A program made the position numbers and the translations under genes. DNA of 64,000 nt from Mobula hypostoma. Its lineage: Eukaryota. How positions within the stretch are numbered: the stretch's first letter is position 1; the number at the start of each line of letters is the position of its first letter. This document shows, piece by piece, positions 12,451-26,039 of this stretch. Below the pieces are notes generated by a model. That model was not told the DNA's origin, searched no databases, and worked only from the letters and a program-made list of their open reading frames with translations. Where the stretch lies: assembly GCF_963921235.1 (NCBI RefSeq), contig NC_086100.1, forward strand, positions 204,912,001-204,976,000. Direction: 5' to 3'.

Positions 12451-14744
12451 CATTCCTTGAACCTGACGGGATAACGTCCGTCTTGGAATGAAATTATTTG
12501 AACTGAGAGGAGAGAATCGACAAGTAAAAAATAAAATGCCGTTTGTAATTCGACGGAGTTCAGTTTGAACACATCGTGAAAGCATATCGAGCTCTGTCCG
12601 CTTATTTTCCCCAGACACATGCACCCATAAAGGGTGCTCAATTGGCTGTTGTTTATCTAAGGTGTTGACTAACACTAACCGATCTAGGAAAGCAACATGT
12701 TTGACCAGACATTGGACCTTAAATTCATTTTGTGTTTTATGTGGTTAGTTCTTTGCGAGGTTTGCTGAAATTTTGCACGTCAAGTCTAGTTTCTGTATCC
12801 TACATAAACAATTTTTTTATTATTTCTGAAGTGACAATTATGTTAACTTTGCCTGGCAAATTTAATTTATCTGTATTGTTTTGTATGGACCAAACCTCTG
12901 TTGTATTCAATCAATAAATTCTACCACAACTCGCATTGTGAGTTGATTGTATCTTGAAGGGACTTTAAATTTCAGTTGTTCAGTGATTCCGTTTGATATC
13001 AGAGAATGTACACAATATGCAACCAGAAATTCTTACTCCGCAGACCTCAACGAAAGAGGAAGAAAACCTAAAGAATGTATGAATGGAAAACGTTCGTGTC
13101 ACTCTTCGCTTTCAAACACAAGCAACGGGATAGCATGAAACCGCTCCACAGTGCCCTATTCAATACTCCACCGCCCCATTAAAATCTTAGACCACATCAG
13201 CCGGTTCTTGCAATCAATAGCAAAGACCCCAAAGAGACCATCAGCTAGAAAGCATTAATAACCTTTGTACATCCAACAGTTCGTCAGGCTACAGGCTCTC
13301 TTTCTCACTATCAATAGACAGAGAGAGAGAGAGAGAGAAAGAGAAAGGCAGCAGCTTCTTCGATGTTACAGTCTGTAACGAACCTTTTATTTTGAGTTTC
13401 CTTGATGGAAATCAGCACCAAATTCTCCATCACTTTCAAGAGAAAGAAAAATAATGAGTGCTCAAGAGCTGAAACCTTTGACGTCCGCTCTTTCGATGTT
13501 CCGATTTTCTGCGATGCTTCTGTTGGCGGCACCAGCGAGGAATCGAGTCGCACAAGGCCACATCCCGGAGGTACACCCCTTCCTCGACACTCCTGGAGAT
13601 ATCAAAAATGGGAGAACGGGAACACACCGCCGAGAAGGACCGCAGTTTGATGCAGCTGTGGATCATGGATTTGAATCGGGCCCCCGCCTTGGAAAAGAAA
13701 GAAGAGGCATTAGGGTGAAGAATTGCAGCTGCTTCACGGATGGACTGGGACATCTCTCCCTCTGACGCCATTATCAGCTCCTTTACTCGGTGTTGCCTTA
13801 CAATTCTCTTAAATTTCTTGCTCGGGTTATCCAATTTATACTCCATTAGGTGGGCGATTTCTGCTCTTTTCAATTTTGTGTCTTCATTTCTTCTGCCATT
13901 TCCATCTCCGCGTTTCATTTCTCAAAGTTTGATTTCTATAATTGAACGCCTCTAATTTTCAGTCAAGGCACTTCACCGCTGTTAAGGCTGCGCAAAATTT
14001 TGTTGTGTGAATTTCTTCGTGTCAAGTTTTCCTAAAAATTGTGTTAATATAATATAGATTAGAGTATTATTTGTTTTCCAATTTTATGACATAATTCACT
14101 TTGGCATGTAAGGTCTTTTTCGCTTGGTCAATGCCCATATTTAGTATACTGTTTGTGCGGTGTTAAATATTTGGATGATTTTGTCTAGAAGTTTAGCTTC
14201 GACATTAGCATTCTGTGAACGCTCTGCATCTGTGTTATTGCTGTAACCGTCCAGTAATGAAGCAGTTCAAATAAATGCTAATTTTTATAATAATTATTGA
14301 TATCATTAATATTGTTCTCTCTTTTATGTTTACACGGTTTTTCATTTGCACATTGCTTATTTCTCCGTCCTGTTGGATATGGGCTTTAAATGATTTTATT
14401 ACGGTTCTTGGATATACTGAATGTACTGGCGAGAAAAGTGATCTCACGGTTACATAAAGTGGTGTATGTGTACTGAGATAATAATTGCACATAGTATTTC
14501 AAATATTGTACTATGCCGTGAATGTTGTTCTTTTTTTCATTCCGATGCCATGCAACACTCCTACAGTTTCTGAAAATGGCTTAGCAATTTGTGCGTTCCA
14601 CGTTGATCTTCCGTTCGTTCACGTCCCTATGCTTAGAGAATATTGATCCAGTGTTCATTTACTACTTCAGTCATCATCGGACCCAAGCACAATGCTAATT
14701 ATTTAGTTGCCGGAGCTGACAACATGCTTGCCATTTCCTATATC

Positions 14745-14796
14745 CTCTCTCTCTCTCTCTCTCTCCCTCTCTCTCTCTCTCCCTCTCTCTCTCTCT

Positions 14797-14878
<82 letters not shown>

Positions 14879-14968
14879 GTCACAGCTAATTTGTGTACTT
14901 GCTCATTTCAGGTACTGGGCAACTTCCTTGCCCCATTCATGTAATGAACATTTAAACAAATTGGGTGT

Positions 14969-15004
<36 letters not shown>
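14745..15004. repeat. (TC)n and (TA)n microsatellites flanking a 95-bp foldback
   Basis: (TC)n ~14745-14836, (TA)n 14837-14877 and 14973-15004. Confidence 0.95.
14878..14972. repeat. 95-bp imperfect palindrome (MITE-like hairpin)
   Basis: 45-nt arms, TGTCACAGCTAATTTG... and ...CAAATTGGGTGTGACA, 34/45 complementary by manual alignment; 5-nt loop. Confidence 0.8.
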
Positions 15005-15008
<4 letters not shown>

Positions 15009-15053
15009 TAGGGCTTCTTATAATGTCAAGCACTAAACTAAGATGAAAGAAAT

Positions 15054-15297
15054 ATATAGAAACATAGAAACATAGAAAATAGGTGCAGGAGTAGGCCATT
15101 CGGCCCTTCGAGCCTGCACCGCCATTTATTATGATCATGGCTGATCATCCAACTCAGAACCCAGCCTTCCCTCCATACCCCCTGACCCCTGTAGCCACAA
15201 GGGCCATATCTAACTTCCTTTTAAACATAGCTAATGAACTGGCCTCAACAGTTTGCTGTGGCAGAGAATTCCACAGATGGCAGAGAATTCCACAGAA
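15054..15297 (-). mobile_element. CR1 3' end
   Basis: ATAGAAAC repeat tail; LWNSLPQQTVEASSLAMFKRKLD; 19-bp tandem duplication TGGCAGAGAATTCCACAGA at its 5' end. Confidence 0.8.
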
Positions 15298-15299
15298 AT

Positions 15300-18200
15300 G
15301 AATCCCAGAGCTCCACAGAAATTTAGTGACAGTTAAAACATTAACAAGATTATAGCCTATCACTATATTTCAGTGTATAATTGGTACAATAAAACATATA
15401 ATACTTAATTTAATAATATGACAAAGTATTGCACGGTTGCACTCACTAATTATAAATAAATAAAAATATCAAGCAAGTAAAGAAAAAGACGGTAATCATG
15501 TATTTTACCAATTTAAAAGTAATTACCTACTTATCAAATGCCACCAATAAGAAGTTTCACAATAATTTCCACAAAGGGTCGGGCATAATACGTGTTCGGG
15601 TGTCTGAAGCTACTCTTGTACTGGTGTTATCTGCTGATCTGTGGTACCGCAGCCATTTGTAACATACGGTTCAGGATTCCACTGAATTAGAGGAGGTCTG
15701 TGTAGTTTAACAAACATAAGTGCTGATATATGACTTATGAGAATTCTTGAACGTGTTTTTGATATTATCAAGTTCATGTGACTGAATCCTCTCTCACACT
15801 CAGCAGTACTAATAGGAATAACCCGTGAACAGCTCAGTGTTGGGCGTAAATCTTGGGGGATGCGGCGTCCACGATCCTCCACATAATATCTGGATTATGA
15901 TATTGCAGCTTATCCATAATTAGACGGTATTTCAGCAGGCCAGTTGTCTTTATCAAGGACACACATTTCATTTAGCAGGGATTTGGAAGTTTGAGAACCT
16001 TTGAAGGATGTTGCCGTGAACATACGGTGCTGCCACTCATTTATACAACTAGTAAGAAACTGTAGATATTTAAAGGAGACAATTTTGTTTTTGCTTGTTA
16101 AGGTAATTTCTCCAAACTTCCTCTTTTCAACTGCCTCTTGAGCTTCTAGAGATTTTGTACCACGTTGCTCTTTCAGTCCACGCAGTGATCTTATGCTACA
16201 TTGGATTTGTTTTTTTTTCTGCATACACAATCGTAGTAGTGCGTTTCCGTAAACAATCTGACAGTAAACCAAGTTCATGAAACGTGTCATACATGAGACT
16301 CTAGAGCTAAGTCCAATACAAACTGTTCTGAAGAAAGTCTTTTCAACAACTCGCGGATACCTCCTCTTATTTACCCCTCGATTGTGACCCCACTGAGGAG
16401 CACCAGGCCATTGTCTCCCACACCATCACCGACTTTATCTGCTCAGGGGATCTCCCATCCACTGCTACAAACCTTATAGTTCCCACACCTCGCACTTCCC
16501 GTTTCTACCTCCTACCCAAGATCCACAAACCTGCCTGTCCTGGCAGACCTATTGTCTCAGCTTGCTCCTGCCACACTGAACTCGTTTCTGCATACCTCAA
16601 CAGGGTTTTATCCCCCCTTGTTCAATCCCTTCCTACCTATGTTCGTGACACTTCTCACGCTCTTAAACTTTTCGATGGTTTTAAGTTCCCTGGCCCCCAC
16701 CGCTTTATTTTCACCATGGATGTCCAGTCCCTATATACTTCCATTCCCCATCAGGAAGATCTCAAAGCTCTCCGCTTCTTTATGGATTCCAGACCTAATC
16801 AGTTTCCCTCTACCACGACTCTGCTCCATCTAGCGAAATTAGTCCTTACTCTTAATATTTTCTCCTTTGGCTCCTCCCACTTCCTCCAAACTAAAGGTGT
16901 AGCTATGGGCACCCGTATGGGTCCTAACTATGCCTGCCTTTTTGTTGGCTTTGTGGAACAAGCTATGTTCCAAACCTATTCTGGTATCCCCCACTTTTCC
17001 TTCGCTACATCAACGACTGCATTGGCGCTGCTTCCTTCACGTGTGCTGAGCTCGTTGACTTCATTAACTTTGCCTCCAACCTTCACCCTGCCCTCAAGTT
17101 TACCTGGTCCATTTCCGACACCTCCCTCCCCTTTCTAGATCTTTCTGTCTCTATCTCTGGAGACAGCTTATCTACTGATGGCTACTATAAGCCTACTGAC
17201 TCTCACAGCTATCTGGACTATTCCTCTTCTCACCCTCTCTTGCAAAAATGCCATCCTCTTCTCACAATTCCTCCATCTCTGCCGCATCTGCTCTCAGGAT
17301 GAGACTTTTCATTCCAGGACGAGGGAGATGTCCTCCTTTTTTAAAGAAAGGGGCTTCCCTTCCTCCACCATCATCTATGCCCTCACACGCATCTCCCCCA
17401 TTTCACGCACATCTGCTCTCACTCCATCCTCACGCCACCCCACTAGGAATAGGGTTCCCCTGGTCCTCACCTGCCAACCCACCAGCCTCCGGGTCCAACA
17501 TATTATTCTCCGTAACTTCCTCCACCTCCAACGGGATCCCACCACTAAGCACATCTTTCCCTCCGCCCCCCCCCCCGCTTTCCGCAGGGATCGCTCCCTA
17601 CGCGACTCCCTTGTCCATTCGTTCCCCCCCATCCCTCCCCACTGACCTCCCTCCTGGCACTTATCGTTGTAGGTGGAACAAGTGCTACACATGCTACACT
17701 TCCTCCCTTACCACCATTCAGGGCCCCAGACAGTCCTTCCAGGTGAGGCGACACTTCACCTGTGAGTCGGCTGGGGTGATATACTGCGTCCGGTGCTCCC
17801 GATGTGGCCTTTTATATATTGGCGAGACCCGACAAAGACTGGGAGATCATTTTGCGGAACACCTACGCTCTGTCTGCCACAGAAAGCAGGATCTCCCAGT
17901 GGCCACACATTTTAATTCCACATCCCATTCCCATTCTGATATGTCTATCCACGGCCTCCTCTACTGTAAAGGTGAAGTCACACTCAGGTTGGAGGAACAA
18001 CACCTTATATTCCATCTGGGTAGCCTCCAACCTGATGGCATGTACATTGAGTTCTCTAACTTCCGCTAATGCCCCACCTCCCCCTCGTACCCCATCCGTT
18101 ATAGATTTATATACACACATTCTTTCTTTCTCTCTCCTTTTTCTCCCTCTGTCCCTCTGACTATACCCCTTGCTCATCCTCTGGGTTTGCCCCCCCCCTT

Positions 18201-19450
18201 TTCCTTCTTCCTGGGCCTCCTGTCCCAGGATCCTCTCATATCCCCATTGCCAATCACCTGTCCAGCTCTTGGCTCCATCCCTCCCCCTCCTGCCTTCTCC
18301 TGTCATTTTGGATCTCCCCCTCCCCCTCCAACTTTCAAATATCTTACTCACTCTTCCTTCAGTTAGTCCTGACGAAGGGTCTCAGCCCGAAACATTGACT
18401 GTACCTCTTCCTAGAGATGTTGCCTGGCCTGCTGCGTTCACCAGCAACTTTGGTATGTGTTGCTTGAATTTCCAGCATCTGCAGAATTCCTCGTGTTTGC
18501 GTTCAACAGTCCTTCTTCGGTTTTTCTGTCACTTCCAGATCTTGTTTCACCCTTTATTGCTTTCTCAAAATTAAAACACAGTGCTTCATAATCTTGCCAC
18601 ACTGCTGAAACTGTTCGAAACGAGCTGGCAACCCACCTGGTGCCCAGAACACGCGCTATTTTGCAAATTTGTTGTTCTTGTTGAGAGGCACATTCAGACA
18701 GTTCCTTTTAATTTAGAGGTGATCTACTGTAAACAGAGTACAATTTGTCCATAAATGATTAAAAATGATTTATTCCATCGGTGACTCTCACCGAATCACC
18801 TACTGCAAGTTCTAATCTGTGATTAAGACAATGCCAATTATCACATCAAGGTAATGTTCCTTGAGAATTGTAGCAACACCAGATTTGACACCAAGCATTA
18901 CACTCGCCCCATCGCTAGCAAATACTACAAGGTTCTGTTTCAAGTAAGAATCATTAAACCTATGGTGATTGAGACATTTCAATAGATGCTTAGCAATAGT
19001 TGCAGCTTTCTGATCAGGCAGTTCAATTAGATCTAAAAACAGAAAATGGCGATCACCTTTCTTATCACTTCCACATTTCAAATGAACTATTCGGGCGGTC
19101 TTAATGCTCAGGCTTTTTGATTCATCAATAAGAACAGAAAATTTTCCATTTATCTGCTTGATATGCTAGCAAGTTTTCTTTTCATATTAATGGCTCTGCG
19201 ATTAATTATCTTTGTAGCACTAGTATGGGAATGCAGTCCAATTCCAATTTTTGAATTCTGAGCTAAATAATATGCAGAACGAAAAATTGAACAAGTTGCC
19301 TTTAGATGCGAAGCATTCATGGTGTTACATAATTTTCCAAGAGCATCTTAACTAGCTATATTTTCAACACTTAGAGCAGCAGTGTGAGGTTTTGTTAGTT
19401 TGTGATCAACATTTATTTTTCTGAGAGACTTCAGGAGTGTACTTCGATCA
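15300..19450 (-). mobile_element. Decayed hAT transposon (ZNF862/KIAA1586-like transposase), interrupted by a PLE
   Basis: SVLIDE (~19.13 kb), FLDLIEL...FASDGASVMLGVKSGV (18812-19081), LGTRWVASS (~18.63 kb) and the hAT dimerisation motif IPISTAECERGFSHMNLI (15610-15882). Outer limits are approximate. Confidence 0.8.
16349..18501 (+). mobile_element. Penelope-like element, 5'-truncated
   Basis: RT motifs FYLLPKIHKP, MDVQSLYTSIP, GVAMGTRMGP; GIY-YIG GVIYCVRCSRCGLLYIGET; frameshifted. TTCAACA repeated at 16342-16348 and 18502-18508 (TSD). Confidence 0.92.
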
Positions 19451-19454
19451 GCTC

Positions 19455-19870
19455 CATAATAGGATACTTGGTACATCTGCCATGCCGATTCTCCCCTGAT
19501 CTTTAAGTTCGTGAGGCTGTAGCACTTTACATAGCTAGCCAGCCAGCCCTTACTAGCTGTAAATTCCTTCCTCTCGCTCTCCTCAAACCTCTCACAATAG
19601 TGCTCATTGAGTCTAAGTGCTTTTACACGCATAATTTTGCCATCAATAGGGATATCCTTCTGTGACATGTCCTCTTGCCACACACTTAATGCTTTCTCAG
19701 TCTTTGCCAGCATTTTATCAGGAACCAGACAGACGATTTTTGCCGTTGTAGGGGTAGCACTAACACTTCCACGAGATTCAGCTTCTTTCTGCTTTACTGT
19801 GTGAATACTTGATTCGCTCTTGCTGACCTTACGGCCGACTTCGGCAAGGGACATGCCACTTTTCAAAATA
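19455..19870 (-). mobile_element. Tigger/pogo transposase N-terminal fragment
   Basis: GMSLAEVGRK...ESSIHT...EKALSVW...PIDGKIMRVKAL...FTASKGWL: CENP-B-type HTH domains. Confidence 0.85.
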
Positions 19871-19872
19871 TT

Positions 19873-20063
19873 GATTGGTGCGTGGAATACACTGCCTGAG
19901 TCAGTGGTGGAGGCAGATATACTAGTGAAGTTTAAGAGACTACCAGACAGGTATATGGAGGAATTTAAGGTTGGGGGCTTATATGGGAGGCAGGGTTGAG
20001 GGTCCGCACAACATTGTGGGCCGAAGGGCCTGTACTGTGCTGTACTATTCTATGTTCTATGTT
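19873..20063 (+). mobile_element. Short CR1 3' end
   Basis: Near-identical to 60990-61175; ends TATTCTATGTTCTATGTTC. Confidence 0.85.
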
Positions 20064-22230
20064 CAATGTTTTCCTTTACCCTACCCGCCAAGACCTTCTC
20101 GTGCCCCTTTCTTGCTCTTCTCAGCCCCTTCTTAAGCTCCTTTCTTGCTTCCCTATATTCCTCAATAGACCCATCTGATCCCTGCTTCTTAAACCTCATG
20201 TATGCTGCCTTCTTCCACCTGACTAGATTTTCCACCTCACTTGTCACCCATGGTTCCTTCAGCTTACCATTCTTTATCTTCCTCACCAGGACAAATTTAT
20301 CACTAACATCCTGCAAGAGATCTCTAAACATCGACCACATGTCCATAGCACATCTCCCTGCAAAAACATCATCCCAATTCACACCCGCAAGTTCTAGCCT
20401 TATAGCCTCATAATTTGCCCTTCCCCAATTAAAAACTTTCCTGTCCTCTCTGATTCTATCCTTTCCCATGATAATGCTAAAGGCCAGGGAGCGGTGGTCA
20501 CTGTCTCCAGATGCTCACCCACTGAGAGATCTGTGACTTGACCCGGTTCATTACCTAGTACTAGATCTAGTATGGCATTCCCCCTACTCGGTCTGTCCAC
20601 ATACTGTGACAGGAATTCGTCCTGGACACACTTAACAAACTCTGCCCCATCTAAACCCTTGGAACTAATCAGGTCCCAATCAATATTTGGTTAAAGTCAC
20701 CCATGATAACAACCCTGTTATTTTTGCACCTTTACAAAATCTGCCTCCCAATCTGCTCCTCTGTATCGCTGCTGCTACCAGCGGGCCTATAGAATACCCC
20801 CAATAGAGTAACTGCTTCCTTCCTGTTCCTGACTTCTACCCATACTGACTCAAAAGAGGATCCTGCTCCATTACCCACCCTTTCTGTAGCTGTAATAGTA
20901 TCCCTGACCACCCCTCCTCCTCTTTTTCACCCCTCTCTACCCCTTTTAAAGCACTGAAATCCAGGAATATTGAGAATCCATTCCTGCCCTGGTGCCAGCC
21001 AAGTCTCTGTAATGGCCACTACATCATAATTCCATGTATGTATCCAAGCTCTCAGTTCATCACTTTCCTCAAAGCCTCTCTATATGTTAGATATGGCTTT
21101 ACTTCATGCATTTCTTTCATGGCTCTATCGCTCTGGGTCCCATCCCCCTTGAAAATTAGTTTAAACCCTCCCGAACCATGCCAGTGAACCTACCTGCAAG
21201 GATATTGCTCCCCCTCGAGTTCAGGTGCACCCATCCAATCTGTACAGGTCCCACCTTCCCCAGAAGAGATCCCAATGATCCAAAAATCTAAAACCCTGCT
21301 CCCTGCACCAACTCCTCAGCCACGCATTCAACTGCTATCTCCTCCAATTCTTACCATCACTGTCACGTAGCACTGGCAGCAATCTGGAGAACGCCACCCT
21401 TGAGGTCCTGGTCTTCAGCCTTCTGCCTAGTTCCCGAAACTCACACTTCAGGACCTCATCCCTCATCCTGCCTATCTCGTTGGTCCCAACATGTATCACG
21501 ACTTCTGGTTGCTTTCCCTCTTGTACCAGGATGTCGTGCACCCAGTCAGAGACATCCCGGACCCTGGCACCCGGGAGGCAACAAACCATGCGGGTGTCCT
21601 TCTCACGTCCACAAAATCTCCTGTCTGCTCCCCTGACTATAGAGTCCCCACTGACAACAGCTCTCCTCTTCTCCGTCCCACCCTTCTGCACCACAGGGTC
21701 AGACTCAGTGCCGGAGGCCCTGCCACCACGGCTTACACCTGGTCGGTCGTCCCCGCCACCAGTATCCGGGACGGTAAACTTATTATTCAGGGGACTGGCT
21801 ACAGGGGTGCTCTGCACTACCTGTCTGCTCACCTTCGCTTTCCCCCCCTCTGACTGTCATGCAACGACCTGCTTCCAACAGCCTATGTGTGACTACCTCC
21901 CTGTAGCTCTCATCTATGACTGCCTCATTCTCCCTTATGAGACGAAGGTCATCCAGCTGCTGCTCCAGATTCCTTACACGGTCTTCCAGATTGCCCAGCC
22001 GTATGCACTTCTGGCAGATGTGACTCTGCGGGAGAGGGGAGTTCCCCCAAGACTGCCACATCTCACACGAGAGGCACATCACCATCTCAGGAGGCATTGT
22101 AAAGACTAACTGCGAGCAAGCTTGTCCTCCGCCTCTTCTTGTCGAAGCCTCTCGAGTCAAAGCCTCAAAGCTCCACTCCTTCACTGGCCCACTCACTCAC
22201 TGGCCGCTTTCCACAAGGGCTGTATAACTA
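20064..22230 (-). mobile_element. CR1 5' half (ORF1 Zn-finger/esterase plus ORF2 endonuclease), 3'-truncated
   Basis: ORF1 CLSCEMW...ICQKC, coiled coil and SGNH motifs GDSIVRG/GARV/IHVGTN; endonuclease RGNAILDLVL. Confidence 0.88.
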
Positions 22231-22409
22231 ATCTCCTTCTACCTTATACCTCCTCCAATCACCCATGCTGTGAACCACATTGTGGAGGTCCAAGACGGCG
22301 ACTTCTACAAAGAAGGGATCCGTATGCTCCACGACTAACTGTGTAAATATTGGAGGGGACTATGTTGAAAAAAATAAAATAAGTGTGCTAGGTTTCCTAA
22401 AATTGACTC

Positions 22410-22770
22410 CTTCTATCTTAGGCCACGAACTTATCACCCCTCGTATCTCTCTTCATAAGTGCCGTGCTATAGCTTTGCATAGTCTGTTGATCGTTTGTGT
22501 TGGAAGGTGAATGGTGGGGTGTCCAGTGTACGTGGTTGCATGCTGAAAACGTAGACCTTGACTAGCCTCCAAAAGCATTTGTTTATGATTGAGGTGAGTG
22601 CAACAGGACGCCGATGGTCCAAACATGGTACTTTGGTATTCAAATGTTGTGAAGCTGGAGGGCATGACACAGTGGGAGAGGGAAATATTGAAAATGTCTG
22701 TGAACACACCAGCCAGCTGTGCCACGTGCACTTTGAGTTCTTGCTCTGAGTGCTGCACAATCATTCGCTA
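22410..22770 (-). mobile_element. Rex1/Babar-like RT fragment
   Basis: QLAGVFTDIFNISLSHCVMP; RPVALTSIINKCF. Confidence 0.7.
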
Positions 22771-23079
22771 ATGAGATGCATGGGATTCAGTGGGTGACTG
22801 CGAAACGACGGCGTTCCACAACGCGGTTCCATAGTCTACATTGGGTCTCACCAATGTGAAGGCTGCTGTGGATATAAGCGTCTGACCTGAATTTTACCGA
22901 AATTTCAATTAAAGTTTGTTGATAGATTTGGCCATAATACCAGAAGATATAGGGGCAGAATTCGGCCATACCGCCTATTTCATCATGAATGATATATTAT
23001 CCCTCTCAATGCCATTCTCCTGCCTTTTCATCGTCACCTTTGACACACTTCATAATCAAAAACCTGTCAATCTCCGCTT

Positions 23080-23680
23080 AAAAATGGGATTGGGTTTAAG
23101 AGCCTAGAGGTAATGTTACAGCATTAAAGGACCCTGATCAGACCCCAGTTGGAGTACTGTACTCAGTTCTGGTCACCTCGCTACGGAAAGGATGTGGAAA
23201 CTACAGAAAGGGTGCAGATGAGATTTACAGGGAAGTTGCCTGGATTGGGGAGCATGCCTTATGAGAATAGGTTGAGTGAACTCAGCCTTTTCTCCTTGGA
23301 GTGACGGAGGATGAGAGGTGATCTGATAGAGGTGTATAAGATAATGAGAGGCATTGATTATGTGGATACTCAGAGGCTTTTTCCCAGGGCTGAAATGGCT
23401 ATCACAAGAGGGCATAGTTTTAATGTGCTTCGAGGTAGGTACAGAGGAGATGCCAGGTGTATTTTTTTTTTACGCAGAGAGTGGTGAGTGTGTGGAATGG
23501 GCTGCTGGCGGTGGTGGTGGAGGCAGATATGATAGGGTCTTTTAAGAGACTCCTGGACAGGAGCTTAGAAAAATAGAGGGTTATAGGTAACCCTGGGTAA
23601 TTTCCAAAGTAGGCACATGTTTGACACAGCTTTGTGGGCTGAAGGGCCTGTATTGTGCTGTAGGTTTTCTACATTGCTAA
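23080..23680 (+). mobile_element. CR1 3' fragment
   Basis: LEYCTQFWSP..RKDV, RMRGDLIEVYKIMRG and 3' UTR. Confidence 0.8.
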
Positions 23681-24361
23681 AAGAAATACCCATTTACTTA
23701 GTTCCACAGATATCCTCGCAATGACCTCCACATATAAATAACCCCCTGATGACAAAACGTCCTCCTTATCCCTGTTCTAAAGGACGTCTGAATATTCTGA
23801 TGTGCTCTCTTGATCCTAAACTCATCCACAATTGGAAACACCCCTCCATGTCCAGTCCTTTCAATATTCAATAGGTTTCAGAGAGAACCCCACCTCCTTC
23901 TTCTAAACTGCAACGAGTACAGGGGCAGAGTCACAAAACGATCCTCAGACACTAAAGCTTTCATTCCGGGATCATTCTCGTCACCGTCCTCTAGACCCTT
24001 TCCAATGACAGCACAACTGTTCTCAGATTAGGGACCAGACTGTTCATCTTGTTCCAAGCGTGGTCTGACCAATACTTTGTAAAGACTCACCATTACAGTC
24101 ACGCTTTTGTATTCCAGTTCTCTCCAAATGAATGCTGACATTGTATTGGTCGTCCTTACTACCAACTCAGCCTGCACATACCCTTTCGGAAATCCTACAC
24201 CGGGTCTCCCGATTCTCCTGGCACTTTGAATATTTGAATTTACTGCCTGTTTGGAACTTAGTCCATGCTTTCAACGAAGTGCACATTCATTCAAATCCCG
24301 ACAATGACACTGTATTGAGTTAACCCACCTTATGATGCTCCGGTGAGCTCACAATAAATAG

Positions 24362-24700
24362 AGGCCACATTTCTGTTCGGAGTGAGCAAAGAGTTTTACT
24401 CAATCATCCCCGCTGCTGCAACACCAGCAACTTCACATCAGGGAGGAAGTTCAAATCAGTTCTGTGTTAAATGTTTAACCATCATGGTGACTGAAAGCAG
24501 CTGCAGGTTCATGGGGGACTGTTACTGTCAGAATCTGCAGTTCTTGTGGCTGCTCATCGCACCCAGGACTGAACCCTAGTCACTGAGTATTGGAGGAGTC
24601 TGTTCTGCTGATGTTAGCCTTAAACTACACTGGTGTTTAATATTGTGGATCTGTGAAAGATAAATCAGTTCTGTATCAAATCCCGTGTCGGAGGTACTTA
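24362..24700 (+). pseudogene. Relic 3' end of a C2H2 ZNF gene
   Basis: Dead finger RPHFCSE*AKSFTQSSPLLQHQQLH (24362-24439); 24510-24680 aligns with the ZNF 3' UTRs at ~33990-34140 and ~54800-54960. Confidence 0.7.
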
Positions 24701-26039
24701 CTGTCTCTACCACACTCAGATTGTACACTAGAGAGGCCAATCGGCCCATCTGGTCCCTGCCCATGTTTCTGCTCCATATCAGTATTTTAAAATCTATCCC
24801 TGCTGCTCCCCTCTCACTCTCCCTGTGATGACAGATTGGAACTAGTCACCACTCCATCGGAGAAGAGATTTCCGTTAAATTTCAAAGAATCATATAAATC
24901 TACAACACATTACAGGACCTTCGGCCCACAATGTTGTGCCAACCATGTAACCTACACTAGAAATTGTCTAGAATTACCCTACTGTATAGTCCTCTATTTT
25001 TCAAGGCTCCATGTAACAATCTAAGAGTCTCTTAAAATACCTCAACCACCGTCACCAGCAGTGCATTCCGCACACCCACCTCTCTTTGTGTAAAAAAACG
25101 TACCTCTGACATCTCCCTTGCAACTACATCTATGCACCTTAAAACCATGTCCACTTGTGTTAGCCATTTCCGTCCTGGGAAAAAAGCCTGTGGCTATCTA
25201 CATGATCAAAGTCTCTCATCATCTTTTACACCTGATGAATTCCCTGCATGATTTTCTCCGGACTGAATAAGACAATGAGCTCACTGTGGTTTTGACGTTC
25301 CCCAGGGCTCTGGAGTAAGGTGGTTAAACTCCTTCTTCCCTGCTCTTCTTTTCAATGTTTTGGGTCATTTTCACTAATTTTAAAGGACTGTGCCTCAGAC
25401 AAGTGGGTTGTTGCAATGCACCTCCAAAGTCTGACAGCAGACTAGCGAGAGAATCTTCGGTGGAGCAGAGTCAGAAACCAAAGAGTTGCCAGCCTGAGTC
25501 GGGGTTTTGGGGCTCCAGAAAGAGATAGGGCCTAGAGTTTACAAGGAGCAGGAAGAGGAATCAGACCAGCAGGATGTGGCTACGAATGAAAGATCAGAAA
25601 CATTTGGAAACTGATTGATCCAAAAAAAAGTTGGTTAATTTCTGCAAAATACTGGTGGAAATCAACAGATCAGGCAGCAAATGTGAAGAGGAATAAATAG
25701 ACAACGTTTAGGCCGAGCCCCTTCAGCATGTCTAGACTGCTTATTTGCTGCCCGAAATGCAGAGTTCTTGCAGCATTTTGTGTGTGTGCGTCTTTGTATT
25801 TCTAGCAGCTGCAGAATCTCTTGTGTTTTATACCTGCATGTGTAAGAGGATTGTACTTTGGCATTAGATAAACGGAATCTCTGTTGATATATATTGTTTA
25901 TGGGAGCCGCTTTCTGCATTAAAACAGCTGCTGAGTTTTCTACAGACAAAAAAAAACTGAGGACATGGAACCGCTGCTTGCAGAAACTCTTAATGGCTCG
26001 GTGATTACCCTGAAAGCTCTGCATAACATTTTCTCTGCC

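Noticed and set aside
13436..13918. 160-aa ORF as a gene
   Set aside because: No recognisable domain or splice context; kept only as an unassigned segment.
14100..14230. Weak L1-RT-like peptide NVEAKLLDKII on -
   Set aside because: Too short, and motif spacing is inconsistent.
14643..15138. LSLS/YIYI/RERE ORFs
   Set aside because: Microsatellite translations.
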